The notes beneath the pieces were generated by a model that was given only the letters and a program-made list of their open reading frames with translations, was not told where the DNA came from and did no database searches. From Gammaproteobacteria bacterium (GTDB lineage: Bacteria; Pseudomonadota; Gammaproteobacteria; JAAEPA01): a DNA stretch of 46,518 nt. Every line of letters begins with the position of its first letter. Position 1 is the stretch's first letter. The stretch lies in NCBI GenBank assembly GCA_024222475.1, contig JAAEPA010000698.1, positions 1-46,518 of the forward strand, written 5' to 3'. Positions 34,270-45,145 of the stretch are shown here, piece by piece. The translations under genes and the position numbers were made by a program.

Positions 34270-36975
34270 ATGGATTCAATACTCTCTTCGCTTACCCCGG
34301 CGACCACTCTGATCACTGTCAACCAGCGTCTTGCCCGCCACTTCCGTCAGGCCTATGACCAAGCCCGGTTGGCATCGGGAGATCGGGTATGGCCGACCCC
34401 GGACATCCTCCCTTGGGATGCCTTTGTTCAACGCTGCTGGCTAGCAGCGAGAAAAAATTTACTACTGAACGGTAAAGACGTTCTGCTGCTGCTGACCGGC
34501 ACCCAGGAATTGGCCGTATGGGAGCAAATTATCAACGAGTCACGACAAGGGGCCAGACTGCTGAGGGTGACCCAGGCGGCCCGCCAGGTCAGAGAGGCAT
34601 GGGGGATAGTTCATGGCTGGCGTATCGAACTCAAAGACCCCACTTTGTTGGACGAGGACAGCGAAGCCTTCCTGGAGTGGTCCGATCAATATCGCCACCA
34701 CTGTCGAGAAAAAGGCTGGCTCGACCATGCCAGGCTTCCCGACTGGTTGTCTGAAACGATCACGGAAGGCTGCCTTCAGTTACCGGCTCAGCTGCTGTTA
34801 GCCGGCTTCGATGAACTCTCTCCTCAACAACAAGCCCTGCTGGAGGACATCCGTACAAGCGGATGCCATTGGCAACAGCAAGAAATTTCCGGAACAGACG
34901 CCACCGCCCACAAGCTGGCGACGGAAACCGCTGAACAGGAGATTCACTTGGCCGCCCGTTGGGCGAAACAGCAATTCATCCAAGCCAAGGCACGCTCCAT
35001 CGCTATCGTGGTACCGGACCTCAGGGACCGGCGTGCACTTATTATCCGTATCTTTGACGAACATCTGGCTCCAACCCATCTGATCGAGGGACTGTTGCCA
35101 GAACCCCAACCATTAGAGCGACCCTATAACATTTCCTTGGGCACTCCGCTGGCGGACACACCCGTGGTACAGACAGCCCTTACGATTTTGCGCCTGGCCA
35201 TGAGATCACTACCAAGCAATGATCTGACTCAATTGCTCTGCGCACCCTTTTTGGCAGGCGCGCAAACAGAGGTCAATCGGCGTGCCCTATTGGATGCCAA
35301 GCTGCGTAAGTTGGGCGAGCTACGCTCCTCACCCAGACGCATATTGTATCTCGCCGGACAGAATACCGAAGCTAGCGTCCCCCCTCCCTACCATGCGCCG
35401 ATCCTGGCCCAGATCATGGAGCGGCTCATCCAGCATGCCAATGAGCGTCCTGCCCGGCAACCGGCAAGAGCCTGGGCGGCGCATTTCATGGATATTTTAA
35501 ATGCCGCCGGTTGGCCCGGTGAACGCCGCCTGAGTAGCAATGAATACCAGGCCGTGATGGCCTGGCACGAATTACTCGACCAATTCTGCCAACTAGAGGC
35601 AGTATTACCCACTATGGAAATACGTGGCGCGCTGAGCTGGTTGCGGCGTTTGTGCAACGAGCGACTGTTTCAGCCCGAAAGCGGCGATAAACCTATCCAG
35701 GTACTCGGTCTGTTGGAGGCGGCAGGCATGGGCTTCGATCAACTGTGGATGATGGGCCTGAACGACGAACAGTGGCCTCCTCCCCCCAGACCTAATCCTT
35801 TTCTTCCCATGCTGCTGCAACAACAGGCCGGTGCACCACGTTGTTCCGCGGAACGCGAACTGCGGGTAGCGCAACACATCACCGAACGTCTACTGCATGC
35901 CGCCCCTCGGGTCGTAGTCAGTTCCCCCCTGCACGAGGGGGACCGAAACCTGCGTCCCAGCCCACTGATCGAGCACCTAGACCCATGGCCGGACAAAAAA
36001 GAAGATCCAGTGACCGTTTATTGGCAACAAATTCGAGAGACCGGCCAACTGGAACCCCTGCAGGACAGACGTGGCCCGCCGTTGACTCCGGGACCGGCAC
36101 CGGGCGGTAGTGACCTGTTCCGGGACCAGGCGCAATGTCCTTTCCGGGCCTTCGCTCGCCACCGGCTACAGGCGCGACCCCTGGAGTCGGTCCAGTCGGG
36201 CCTGAATGCGCGCGATCGGGGTATCCTGATACACCGCATGCTGGACCGACTCTGGGAAGTATTAGGCAATCAACAAAGCTTGCTGTTACTCGATGCGCAG
36301 GCACTGCAGGAAATAATCAATCCTATCGCCGGCAAGGTCGTACAAGAGCAGATGGTACAACGCCCGGACACCTTCAGCCGGGTGTTCAGCCACCTGGAAC
36401 GCCGACGTTTGGAGCGTCTGGCACGAGACTGGCTGGAGATCGAACAAAGACGCTCACCCTTCACCGTGAGTCGGAGAGAGGCACGGGCGACCCTCGAAGT
36501 GGCCGGCCTGCTGGTAAAAGGTATCGTGGACCGTGTCGACCGATTAGCCGATGGCAGATCGGTGATTATCGACTACAAGAGCGGCAATCAACACAGTGCT
36601 AGACATTGGCTGGACGAACGTCTGGACGAACCCCAGCTACCGCTCTACACGCTGGCCCTAGACAGGCCACCTGCCGCTCTGTTGTTCGCCCAACTCAAAC
36701 CCGGCAGCATGGCCTTCAAGGGACTGGCCGAGGAGGCAGATATCGTCGAGGGAATCACCGCCTTCAGGGACCAGAAGGCCGCGCTAATCCATGGCGACTG
36801 GGATGGCCTGGTCAAACAATGGCGGAAAATCCTCGAAGGGCTGGCCAGGGAGTTCCTGGCGGGTGAGGCGCAAGTTACCCCCAAGACCTACCCCGAAAGC
36901 TGTAGATACTGCGACCTGCCCACCCTATGCCGCATCAATGAACTGCGCGAACAACAGGCCGATATATACCCATGA
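34270..36975 (+). CDS. addB: AddB-type PD-(D/E)XK nuclease subunit of a double-strand-break helicase-nuclease
   Basis: 901-aa ORF with no N-terminal P-loop. It has a C-terminal RecB-type nuclease motif (IIDYKSG) and a CRYCDLPTLC (CxxCx5C) Fe-S cysteine cluster. It lies directly upstream of the UvrD-like partner. Confidence 0.8.
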   Translation: MDSILSSLTPATTLITVNQRLARHFRQAYDQARLASGDRVWPTPDILPWDAFVQRCWLAARKNLLLNGKDVLLLLTGTQELAVWEQIINESRQGARLLRVTQAARQVREAWGIVHGWRIELKDPTLLDEDSEAFLEWSDQYRHHCREKGWLDHARLPDWLSETITEGCLQLPAQLLLAGFDELSPQQQALLEDIRTSGCHWQQQEISGTDATAHKLATETAEQEIHLAARWAKQQFIQAKARSIAIVVPDLRDRRALIIRIFDEHLAPTHLIEGLLPEPQPLERPYNISLGTPLADTPVVQTALTILRLAMRSLPSNDLTQLLCAPFLAGAQTEVNRRALLDAKLRKLGELRSSPRRILYLAGQNTEASVPPPYHAPILAQIMERLIQHANERPARQPARAWAAHFMDILNAAGWPGERRLSSNEYQAVMAWHELLDQFCQLEAVLPTMEIRGALSWLRRLCNERLFQPESGDKPIQVLGLLEAAGMGFDQLWMMGLNDEQWPPPPRPNPFLPMLLQQQAGAPRCSAERELRVAQHITERLLHAAPRVVVSSPLHEGDRNLRPSPLIEHLDPWPDKKEDPVTVYWQQIRETGQLEPLQDRRGPPLTPGPAPGGSDLFRDQAQCPFRAFARHRLQARPLESVQSGLNARDRGILIHRMLDRLWEVLGNQQSLLLLDAQALQEIINPIAGKVVQEQMVQRPDTFSRVFSHLERRRLERLARDWLEIEQRRSPFTVSRREARATLEVAGLLVKGIVDRVDRLADGRSVIIDYKSGNQHSARHWLDERLDEPQLPLYTLALDRPPAALLFAQLKPGSMAFKGLAEEADIVEGITAFRDQKAALIHGDWDGLVKQWRKILEGLAREFLAGEAQVTPKTYPESCRYCDLPTLCRINELREQQADIYP

Positions 36976-37123
36976 CGAATGAATTTTCCGGGCGCCTAGC
37001 ACGCCGCCTTTGCCGTATAGCGACGTTGGAACACGAAAGCCATAGTAAAGACTATGCCTTACGCGTTCTGCCTTGCTCTACGACAAATTCGACGCACTCT
37101 GCACTCCTGAAAACCCATCCGTT

Positions 37124-40100
37124 ATGGGTTTGACCAAATCTACCCGGCCGGCAGATCAATCTGAACGGGACCAAGCCCTGGACCCTGCCCATTCATTTAT
37201 CGTCCAAGCACCGGCCGGTTCCGGCAAGACCGAATTGCTTGCCCAGCGGGTGCTAGTGCTCCTGGCAGGGGTGAAACAACCTGAAGAGGTCGTGGCCATC
37301 ACCTTCACCCGCAAGGCCGCAGCCGAGATGCGGGGGCGCATCTTGGAGGCCTTGCAGAAGGGCAAAAATGATCAGGCACCTACCGCGGAACACCAGCGGC
37401 GCAGCTGGACCTTGGCTCGTGCAGTGATCGCCCGCGATACCGAACTGGGCTGGCATATCGAGTCCAATCCCGGCCGGCTTCGGGTGCAAACCATCGATGC
37501 CCTCTGCGCTTCCCTCACCCGGCAGATGCCGTTGCTCTCAGGACTCGGAGCCCAGCCACGGATCACTGAAAAGGCGGAACAGCTCTACCTGGAAGCGGCA
37601 CTGCGCACCCTGGCCGAGCTGGAAGCAAAGGAATCCTGGTCAGCCGATATAGAACGATTGCTAGAGCATCTTGACAATGATCTCAACCGTCTGGCCGAGC
37701 TGTTGGCCAGCATGTTACAGCGCCGGGATCAATGGATCCGCCATGTGGTCGGACAACCTGATCGCAAGCAACTTGAACAGGCCTTTGTTCACAGCATCGA
37801 AAATGCCCTAAAGACAGTAACCGACGCCATTCCCTACTCGATACAGGCAGAGATTACCGACTTGGCACGGCTGGCGGCAGAGCATCTTCAGGCGGTGGAT
37901 AAGCGATCCGCGCTGCTAGGCTGCCTGAATCATCGGCACCCGGCCGGAAACACCACTGACCAGTTACCCTTCTGGCTGGGCGTATGTGAACTGCTGTTGA
38001 ACAAGAAAGGAGACTGGCGCAAACGCTTCAGTAAAGCAGAAGGCTTCCCTGCACCCAGCGCGACCAAAGATAAGGATCAGAAGGCCAAGCGCCAGGCGAT
38101 GAAAAATCAGGCCGCCACCTTGGTAGGGCGGCTTGGCGAAATAGAAGGCTTGCAAACGGCGCTGGGCAAACTACGAAGACTACCGCCGACATGCTACAGC
38201 GAAGGCCAGTGGCAGACCCTAGAGGCATTGTTATCTCTGCTGCTCAATGTCCTGGCCCAGCTCAGACTGGTCTTCCAAGAGCATGGCGAGGTGGATTTCA
38301 CCGCCATCTCCCAGGCGGCCCTACAGGCCCTGGGTGAGGAACAGCAGCCCACCGATCTAGCACTGGCCCTTGATTATCGCATCCAACACCTGCTCATCGA
38401 CGAGTTCCAGGATACCTCTTTGAGCCAGTACCAACTGCTGGAGCGGTTAACCTCCGGTTGGCAACCGGGTGATGGACGCACCCTGTTCTGTGTCGGCGAC
38501 CCCATGCAATCCATCTACCGCTTCCGCGAGGCCGAGGTAGGTCTCTATCTGCGCGCCCGGCGCTACGGCATCGGCGAGCTGGAACTCATTCCACTGACCT
38601 TGAGCGTAAATTTTCGTTCAACCAAGGACATCGTCGAATGGATTAATGACTGCTTCAGCCAAATTCTGCCCAAACAGGAGGATATTGCCGGCGGCGCGGT
38701 CAGTTATGCCCCGGCCCAGGCCATCCATCCAGGCAAGACCGACGAGGCGGTACAATTCCATGCCGCCTTGGGAGATGACCGCGTCATCGAGGCCCGACAG
38801 GTGGTTTATTTGGTGCAGCAGGCTCGGCGGCAACGTCCCGCGGCCCCCTGCGCCATCCTGGTACGCAGCCGCAGCCATCTGGCGGAAATCGTGCCCTTGT
38901 TGCGCGCCCAGGGCCTGCGCTTTCGGGCCGTGGAAATCGAATCCATGAGCGGTCGTCAAGTGGTACTCGATCTGCTCGCCCTTACCTTGGCCCTCAATCA
39001 CCCGGCCGATCGCATCGCCTGGCTGTCGATATTGCGCGCCCCCTGGTGCGCCCTCACACTCGATGATTTGCACGCCCTGAGTACGCAGTGGCCCGATAAT
39101 ACGATTCCTCAGTTGTTAAGCAAGCGATCCTGCCGACATAGCCTGTCTAACGACGGCCAGACCCGGCTTACCCGGGTTGCAGACATCTTGCTACAAAGCC
39201 TGGGGCAGAGACGGCGTCACAGCCTGCACCGCTGGGTGGAATCGACCTGGCTCGCCCTGGGCGGCCCCGCGGTGGTACCCCAAGCCCGCGATCTGGAGGC
39301 CGCCCAGGTTTTTCTAAGCCTGCTTGATGCCCTGGATCAGGGAGGTACGCTAACGGACCGCGAGACCCTGCAAGAACAAGTGCAGACCCTCTACGCACCT
39401 ACCGATCCGGAGGCGGATGAAAGTCTGCAACTAATGACCATTCACAAGGCTAAAGGCTTGGAATTCGACACCGTAATCATCCCGGGACTGGGACGCAGAC
39501 CCAAAACGGATGAACAGAGACTGCTGGTGTGGCTGGAATGGCCACGTACCCAAGGGGACAGCGACCTGCTGCTCTCACCCATCAAAGGAGCCACCGAACA
39601 ACAGAGTCGAGCCTATGGTTACATTGTCGATATAGAAAAAGAGAAGGCCCGCTATGAGGATGGCCGCCTGCTTTATGTCGCCGCCACCCGAGCCAGGAAT
39701 CACTTACATTTGCTGGGTCACGTCAGCGCTCAAGACCGGGAAGGAACTCTCGTTCTCGGTAAACCTGTTCAGGGTTCACTGCTCAACCAGATGTGGCCGG
39801 TGGTAGAACAAGAATTTCATCGACAGGCGACCAAGGGTTGTGTGGAAACACCGCCACAAGACACATTGGAGGACAGGCGCAATGTCCTTCAACGATTACC
39901 GGCGTATTGGTGTTGCCCTGCCCCACCGCCAGGCGTGCGGCTACCTGGCAATCTTATCCCCGAAGCGAATAGAGAACAGCCCCTAGAGTACGAATGGGCC
40001 GCACCGCTGGCACGTATTATAGGTATGGTCGTGCATTCATTGCTGCAACTGCTACCCGGGTGGTCGATCGATAACGACAAGACTCAAAAGCAGCTGAGAC

Positions 40101-40528
40101 ACTTTGCACGAAACGCCTTGATACAGCATGGACTCCAAGGTACGGCGCTCAAGCAAGCCTTGAGACAGGTGGAACAGACGCTCGATAAACTTTTGGTCGA
40201 CCCACGCGGGCGCTGGATCATAGACCCCACTCATCGGGATGCCCATAACGAATATCCGCTCAGTGGCTACCTCGACGGCAGAATCGTCAACCTGGTGATC
40301 GATCGCTGTTTCATCGATGCGCAAGACATACGCTGGATCATCGACTACAAGAGCGGCAGCCACCAAGGCGGCGGCCAGAACACATTCCTCGATCAGGAGC
40401 AGGCACGCTATAAGCCACAGCTGGACAAATACGGGCGATTGTTCGCCATGCAAGAATCCAGGACCATCCGCCTGGGCCTCTATTATCCCTTGTTACAGGG
40501 TTGGCGGGAATGGGGCTTGGGAGAGTAG
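37124..40528 (+). CDS. addA: AddA-type UvrD/Rep-family helicase-nuclease subunit
   Basis: Walker A motif APAGSGKTELL, motifs LLIDEFQDTS and SIYRFREA, helicase C-terminal motifs (TIHKAKGLEFD, LLYVAATRAR) and a C-terminal nuclease motif IIDYKSG. The ATG at 37124 is preferred over the TTG at 37073. Confidence 0.85.
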   Translation: MGLTKSTRPADQSERDQALDPAHSFIVQAPAGSGKTELLAQRVLVLLAGVKQPEEVVAITFTRKAAAEMRGRILEALQKGKNDQAPTAEHQRRSWTLARAVIARDTELGWHIESNPGRLRVQTIDALCASLTRQMPLLSGLGAQPRITEKAEQLYLEAALRTLAELEAKESWSADIERLLEHLDNDLNRLAELLASMLQRRDQWIRHVVGQPDRKQLEQAFVHSIENALKTVTDAIPYSIQAEITDLARLAAEHLQAVDKRSALLGCLNHRHPAGNTTDQLPFWLGVCELLLNKKGDWRKRFSKAEGFPAPSATKDKDQKAKRQAMKNQAATLVGRLGEIEGLQTALGKLRRLPPTCYSEGQWQTLEALLSLLLNVLAQLRLVFQEHGEVDFTAISQAALQALGEEQQPTDLALALDYRIQHLLIDEFQDTSLSQYQLLERLTSGWQPGDGRTLFCVGDPMQSIYRFREAEVGLYLRARRYGIGELELIPLTLSVNFRSTKDIVEWINDCFSQILPKQEDIAGGAVSYAPAQAIHPGKTDEAVQFHAALGDDRVIEARQVVYLVQQARRQRPAAPCAILVRSRSHLAEIVPLLRAQGLRFRAVEIESMSGRQVVLDLLALTLALNHPADRIAWLSILRAPWCALTLDDLHALSTQWPDNTIPQLLSKRSCRHSLSNDGQTRLTRVADILLQSLGQRRRHSLHRWVESTWLALGGPAVVPQARDLEAAQVFLSLLDALDQGGTLTDRETLQEQVQTLYAPTDPEADESLQLMTIHKAKGLEFDTVIIPGLGRRPKTDEQRLLVWLEWPRTQGDSDLLLSPIKGATEQQSRAYGYIVDIEKEKARYEDGRLLYVAATRARNHLHLLGHVSAQDREGTLVLGKPVQGSLLNQMWPVVEQEFHRQATKGCVETPPQDTLEDRRNVLQRLPAYWCCPAPPPGVRLPGNLIPEANREQPLEYEWAAPLARIIGMVVHSLLQLLPGWSIDNDKTQKQLRHFARNALIQHGLQGTALKQALRQVEQTLDKLLVDPRGRWIIDPTHRDAHNEYPLSGYLDGRIVNLVIDRCFIDAQDIRWIIDYKSGSHQGGGQNTFLDQEQARYKPQLDKYGRLFAMQESRTIRLGLYYPLLQGWREWGLGE

Positions 40529-40591
40529 TCCACGTGGGATAATGAAATGGACCCATCCCCCTTCCAAACCGGCTTCGAAAGAACCAAGATG

Positions 40592-40768
40592 CTAAAGGAA
40601 GAGAGAGGATCCGACATGAAGACTAGCAAAGAAGTAGGTGTCGGACCTCAAGGGCTCTATGGGGACACAACACTTGTTGTGTTCCTTGACAACTACCGAG
40701 AGTAGTGGTGACAAGCGTGTGCTGTTGCGAAGAGGAAATATGCAGCAATATGTGGTGTTAAAAACGAT
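40592..40768. repeat. composite repeat-rich spacer (D-type terminus motifs, 18-nt palindrome, motif shared with 46465-46484)
   Basis: tccgaca (40610-40616) and tgtcggac (40639-40646) flank a CTAG at 40623-40626. A palindrome acacaaca-ct-tgttgtgt lies at 40665-40682. ttgttgtgttccttgacaac (40675-40694) matches the reverse complement of 46465-46484 at about 17 of 20 positions. Confidence 0.45.
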
Positions 40769-40772
40769 CTAG

Positions 40773-40932
40773 GAGACTGTCGGACTTAGGTGATCGTAGC
40801 GAGGGAAAGACGGTTTGAGACGGATTTTTCGATCGTTTGAGGCGAATAGCCGGTGCTATTTAGCGAAAAGGATCGGGAAATCTGTCCAAATCCGGCTTTT
40901 CCGCAGTAGATCGTCCTAAATCCGACAGGCTC
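40773..40932. mobile_element. D-family MITE-like element, copy D2 (160 bp)
   Basis: Terminal inverted repeats gagactgtcgga and tccgacaggctc match at 11 of 12 positions. Flanked by a direct CTAG at 40769-40772 and 40933-40936. The interior aligns with nt 1-121. Confidence 0.8.
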
Positions 40933-40994
40933 CTAGGATATGAATGGCCTATCCGGCCCTCGATGGAAACTTGGTTGATCCTTGCTCTTTTGAT

Positions 40995-41085
<91 letters not shown>

Positions 41086-41165
41086 TATCTGGAAGGCGCA
41101 GAAGGTTAACTCAGTTAGCCCTTTCCTGCAAACCTGATTTTTTATAATTGCTTCCAATATCGGCT

Positions 41166-41498
41166 TTATTCTTTTCCTCCCTTGCCCCCTGGGGTATACA
41201 AAGGCGTTGGAAACTGGGCCACTTTATCACCTAATTCGGTGATTTTAGCCGAGCCTTCTTTCTCGACCTGATCAATTCTGATCACGGAGTGCATGGGTAT
41301 GTAGGATTGAGTCACCGATCCAAACTCTGATTTCAGCCGCTCTTCTCCTGGATCTACAACCACCGAGGAGCGTTCGCCAAAAATAATTTCCTCAACCGCG
41401 ATAAAACCATACAGATCGGCCTGATAAACCCGTCCTGCGAAGATCTCATAGACCTTTCCCTGATTTATAAATATGATCTTATAGATACGTTTACTCAC
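41166..41498 (-). CDS. DUF1820 family protein
   Basis: KRIYKIIFINQGKVYEIFA... is typical of DUF1820. The GTG at 41498 overlaps the upstream stop in a GTGA and is preferred over the GTG at 41510. Confidence 0.75.
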   Translation of the reverse strand: MSKRIYKIIFINQGKVYEIFAGRVYQADLYGFIAVEEIIFGERSSVVVDPGEERLKSEFGSVTQSYIPMHSVIRIDQVEKEGSAKITELGDKVAQFPTPLYTPGGKGGKE

Positions 41499-42223
41499 AA
41501 TTCGATACACTTCTCGGTGTCAAAATCTTTAACCTCTCGATACCCGACATAACCTCGGGGGTTACATACTACGCGTACTCCGTGGGCCTTATAGTCGCAG
41601 GCTCTATGAACATGGCCGTGAACCCACAAGTCTATCTCGACTTGCCCCATCAAGTCTTCTAAACTATTGCAATAGGCAAATTGGACAATGTCATCTTTAC
41701 CTCTGTACCAACTACGTCTCAGCGGTGCATGATGGGTCAGGACGACTGTTTTTCCTTCGAAGGGTTGGCGTAATTCATGCTGCAGCCAGTGCCGAGATTG
41801 CTTATGCACATTCACGAGATCACGTGGCTGCAGCAAGCGTGAACCCATATTGATGTGGCGAAAGTCGTTCATGGCCACTGACATCTCCGCCATGATCAAT
41901 GGATCCTCTCCGTTATAGTCGGACCAAAGTGTACAGCCAATGAACCGGACGTTGCCGATGACTACGCTGCTGTTCTCGAGGAAACGCACATTGCCCTGCT
42001 GTGTCGCATCGACCAAGCGCCTCTTCAGCGCTGAAAGATCTTCGCCCCAATACTCATGATTGCCGGCCACATAGAGAACTTCGCAAGGTAGCTGCTGCAA
42101 CCATTCCAATCCCTCAACTCCCACGCCAATATCACCTGCGGCGAGCAACACGTCAACACCGTCAACCGATAGCGCCATGGGCCCGAATTCAAGATGCAGA
42201 TCGGATACGATTTTTATTTTCAC
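41495..42223 (-). CDS. calcineurin-like metallophosphoesterase
   Basis: 242-aa ORF with motifs VSDLHLE, AGDIG, GNHEY, THHAP and GHVH. Confidence 0.85.
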   Translation of the reverse strand: MKIKIVSDLHLEFGPMALSVDGVDVLLAAGDIGVGVEGLEWLQQLPCEVLYVAGNHEYWGEDLSALKRRLVDATQQGNVRFLENSSVVIGNVRFIGCTLWSDYNGEDPLIMAEMSVAMNDFRHINMGSRLLQPRDLVNVHKQSRHWLQHELRQPFEGKTVVLTHHAPLRRSWYRGKDDIVQFAYCNSLEDLMGQVEIDLWVHGHVHRACDYKAHGVRVVCNPRGYVGYREVKDFDTEKCIEL

Positions 42224-42488
42224 CTACTGATCCCCTGGCTCTAAATACTCAGAACGGCAGAACAGATGATCGGAGCGCATTTATACCAGTTCCCACTAAT
42301 ACCCGCCACCTCGCTACTTGCAGAAATCAACATTATCTGTCGAATTGGGAATCTTAAACCAATCAATCGGGAATTTGCATCACTTCTCCGCCTACCCTGC
42401 CAAAACCATGCGACATGCCGACACTTGGTTAGATGATCTCATTAGGCGTATCTAAACCCGGCAGACTCATCCAACCAAGCAAATCAGC

Positions 42489-44858
42489 CTAAACCGACAA
42501 GCCGGCCATATATATCCAGGTTTCCACAACGGTATCCGGATTGAGCGACACGCTGCTGATCCCCTCATCGAGCAGCCACTTAGCCAGATCAGGGTGATCA
42601 GAGGGCCCCTGTCCGCAGATACCAATATACTTATCAGCCTGATTGCAACTCTGAATCACCATGTGCAAAAGCGCTTTCACTGCTGGATCACGTTCATCGA
42701 AGGATGATGCAATCAGGCCTGAATCCCGGTCCAGGCCAAGAGTGAGTTGGGTCAGGTCATTCGAGCCTATGGAAAAGCCATCAAAATATTCTAAGAATCG
42801 ATCGGCAAGAATCACGTTTGATGGGATCTCACACATCATGATAATGCGAAGGGCATTCTTACCCCGTTGCAAGCCGTTTTGCTTGAGCAATTCGATGACC
42901 TGCCGGGCCTCAGTAACCGTGCGCACAAAAGGCACCATGACTTCTACATTAGTGAGGCCCATCTCATCCCTGACCTTTCGCAGGGCCTGACACTCGAGCT
43001 CGAAGCACTCGCGGAAGTCTTCTGAGATATATCGAGCAGCCCCCCTGAATCCAAGCATGGGATTGTCTTCATGGGGCTCGTAGCGCTCCCCCCCGATCAA
43101 ATGCGCGTATTCATTTGACTTGAAATCGGAAAGTCTCACGATGACCGGATGAGGTGCAAAGGCCGCGGCCAGGGTCGCAATGCCTTCGGTAAGTTTTTCC
43201 ACATAGAAGGTGACGGGATCGGCATAGGCCACGGTACGTTTGCCTATCGTATCACGCAGATCCGCGGGCAGCTGATCAAATTCCAACAACGCCTTGGGGT
43301 GCACACCGATCATGTTATTGATGATGAACTCCAGACGCGCCAGCCCCACTCCCGAATTTGGGATGCCGGCGAAATTGAAGGCGCGGTCCGGATTGGCGAC
43401 ATTCATCATAATCTTGACGGGCAGCTTCGGCATGCCGTCCAGCTGGAACCTCTGCACCTCGAAGTCAAGCTGCCCCGCGTAGATCTTACCGATATCGCCC
43501 TCCGCGCAGGATACAGTGACATCACTCCCATCCTTCACCCGCTTGGTGGCATCACCGCAACCCACGATGGCGGGAATGCCCAGCTCACGGGCAATGATCG
43601 CTGCATGACAGGTACGCCCTCCCCGGTTAGTGACAATGGCGGCGGCCCGTTTCATTATCGGTTCCCAGTCCGGGTCGGTCATATCCGTGACCAGCACATC
43701 GCCTTGACGGACCTTATCCATTTGCCGCAAGTCATTAATAAGCTGCGCCTTGCCACGGGCGATTCGCTGCCCTACGGACCTACCCTCGGCAACGATCTCA
43801 CCGCTGCCTTTGAGGATATAACGCTCAATCGTCTGACTACCGCGACTTTTCACGGTTTCGGGGCGCGCCTGCAAGATATACAACTTGCCATCGGTACCAT
43901 CCTTGGCCCATTCGATATCCATCGGCCGGCTATAATGTTTCTCTATGGTCACGGCCTGTTGCGCCAATTCAAGCAGATCAGGATCGCTCAGACAGAACCT
44001 TTGCCGATCCTGCTTGGAAACATCGACCTCTTGCAGGGATTTTTCAGGGTCGGTATCACCACTGTATATCAGCTTGGTCTTCTTGCTGCCCAGGTTGCGT
44101 TGTAAAATACCCGGGCGATGCGCCGCCAAGGTAGGTTTATGGATGTAAAATTCGTCGGGATTGACCGACCCCTGCACCACCGCCTCGCCCAAACCGTAAC
44201 TACCGGTGATCAAGACGACGTCTGGAAAACCAGATTCGGTATCCAGGGTAAACATCACCCCGGCGGCACCGATATCGCTGCGTACCATACGCTGTACACC
44301 GGCGGACAAGGCCACCTCGGCGTGATCAAAGCCATGATGTACACGGTAGGCGATGGCTCGGTCATTGAACAAGGAGGCGAAAACCCGCCTTACAGCCAGC
44401 AGAACATTGTCCAGACCACGCACATTAAGGTAGGTCTCTTGCTGACCAGCAAAGGAGGCCTCTGGAAGGTCTTCAGCCGTGGCTGAGGAACGTACCGCCA
44501 CCACGATAGGGCCTGCGGCCTGCTTCTGCATCTCATTGAAGGCGATCGAGATGGTTTCCTGCAACGCACTCGGCAACTCCGACTCGATGATCCACTGGCG
44601 TATCCGCCGGCCTATACGGGCCAGCATGTTGACATCCTCGACATCGAGATCTTTCAATGCGGCCGCAATCCGTTCGGTGAGTCCTGCATGCTCTAAAAAG
44701 CTACGATAGGCCTGCGCCGTAGTGGCAAAACCACCCGGCACAACAACGCCTAAGTGGCTTAAATTATTAATCATTTCTCCTAAAGATGCATTCTTTCCCC
44801 CAACCCGCCCGACATCATCCATGCCGACCTCGGTCAGCTTGACTACATAGTCACCCAT
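42489..44858 (-). CDS. ppsA: phosphoenolpyruvate synthase
   Basis: Colinear by eye with E. coli PpsA ([11 protein letters not shown], the [21 protein letters not shown] phosphohistidine region, and the C-terminal PEP-utilising domain). The ATG at 44858 with a GGGGA Shine-Dalgarno is preferred over the TTG at 44870. Confidence 0.95.
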   Translation of the reverse strand: MGDYVVKLTEVGMDDVGRVGGKNASLGEMINNLSHLGVVVPGGFATTAQAYRSFLEHAGLTERIAAALKDLDVEDVNMLARIGRRIRQWIIESELPSALQETISIAFNEMQKQAAGPIVVAVRSSATAEDLPEASFAGQQETYLNVRGLDNVLLAVRRVFASLFNDRAIAYRVHHGFDHAEVALSAGVQRMVRSDIGAAGVMFTLDTESGFPDVVLITGSYGLGEAVVQGSVNPDEFYIHKPTLAAHRPGILQRNLGSKKTKLIYSGDTDPEKSLQEVDVSKQDRQRFCLSDPDLLELAQQAVTIEKHYSRPMDIEWAKDGTDGKLYILQARPETVKSRGSQTIERYILKGSGEIVAEGRSVGQRIARGKAQLINDLRQMDKVRQGDVLVTDMTDPDWEPIMKRAAAIVTNRGGRTCHAAIIARELGIPAIVGCGDATKRVKDGSDVTVSCAEGDIGKIYAGQLDFEVQRFQLDGMPKLPVKIMMNVANPDRAFNFAGIPNSGVGLARLEFIINNMIGVHPKALLEFDQLPADLRDTIGKRTVAYADPVTFYVEKLTEGIATLAAAFAPHPVIVRLSDFKSNEYAHLIGGERYEPHEDNPMLGFRGAARYISEDFRECFELECQALRKVRDEMGLTNVEVMVPFVRTVTEARQVIELLKQNGLQRGKNALRIIMMCEIPSNVILADRFLEYFDGFSIGSNDLTQLTLGLDRDSGLIASSFDERDPAVKALLHMVIQSCNQADKYIGICGQGPSDHPDLAKWLLDEGISSVSLNPDTVVETWIYMAGLSV

Positions 44859-45145
44859 AACTGTCCCCAAGACATTGTAAAATTCTCCGGTAGCGTCTTT
44901 GTAAGCCCTATAAAACCACCAGAACCAGTAAGGATATTCAATACTAGGATACTACTCTTAGTGGTGCTCTGTCAGCTCTTCTTAGCGAATCTTCCCGATC
45001 AATCCAATGTCAGGTTAAGCGGCCCTTGTGCGCCACAAAAATAAAATCAGCAATGGAGTAGACGGATGAATTCAGGCGATATCAATCAATATCCTACAGC
45101 TATTTACCCTATAAAATAATCGATCTCCTGCAAGCTCAGATACCA

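Noticed and set aside
35739-36304. Several 80-155-aa ORFs on both strands inside addB (for example 35918-36304 and 36135-36602)
   Set aside because: All are nested in the long addB frame, which carries the nuclease and Fe-S motifs. Their composition is the Arg/Pro/Gly shadow type.
42330-42400. A possible extra D-family remnant (caatcaatcgggaatttgcatcac) in the metallophosphoesterase-ppsA gap
   Set aside because: Only about 12 nt resemble the D core aatcgggaaatctg. There are no termini or flanking duplication, so this is too weak to call.
43149-44105. A 318-aa ORF on the plus strand inside ppsA
   Set aside because: It is entirely antisense to a gene with unmistakable PpsA homology. Its sequence is Gly/Arg/His-rich and low-complexity, which is typical of a shadow ORF in GC-rich coding DNA.
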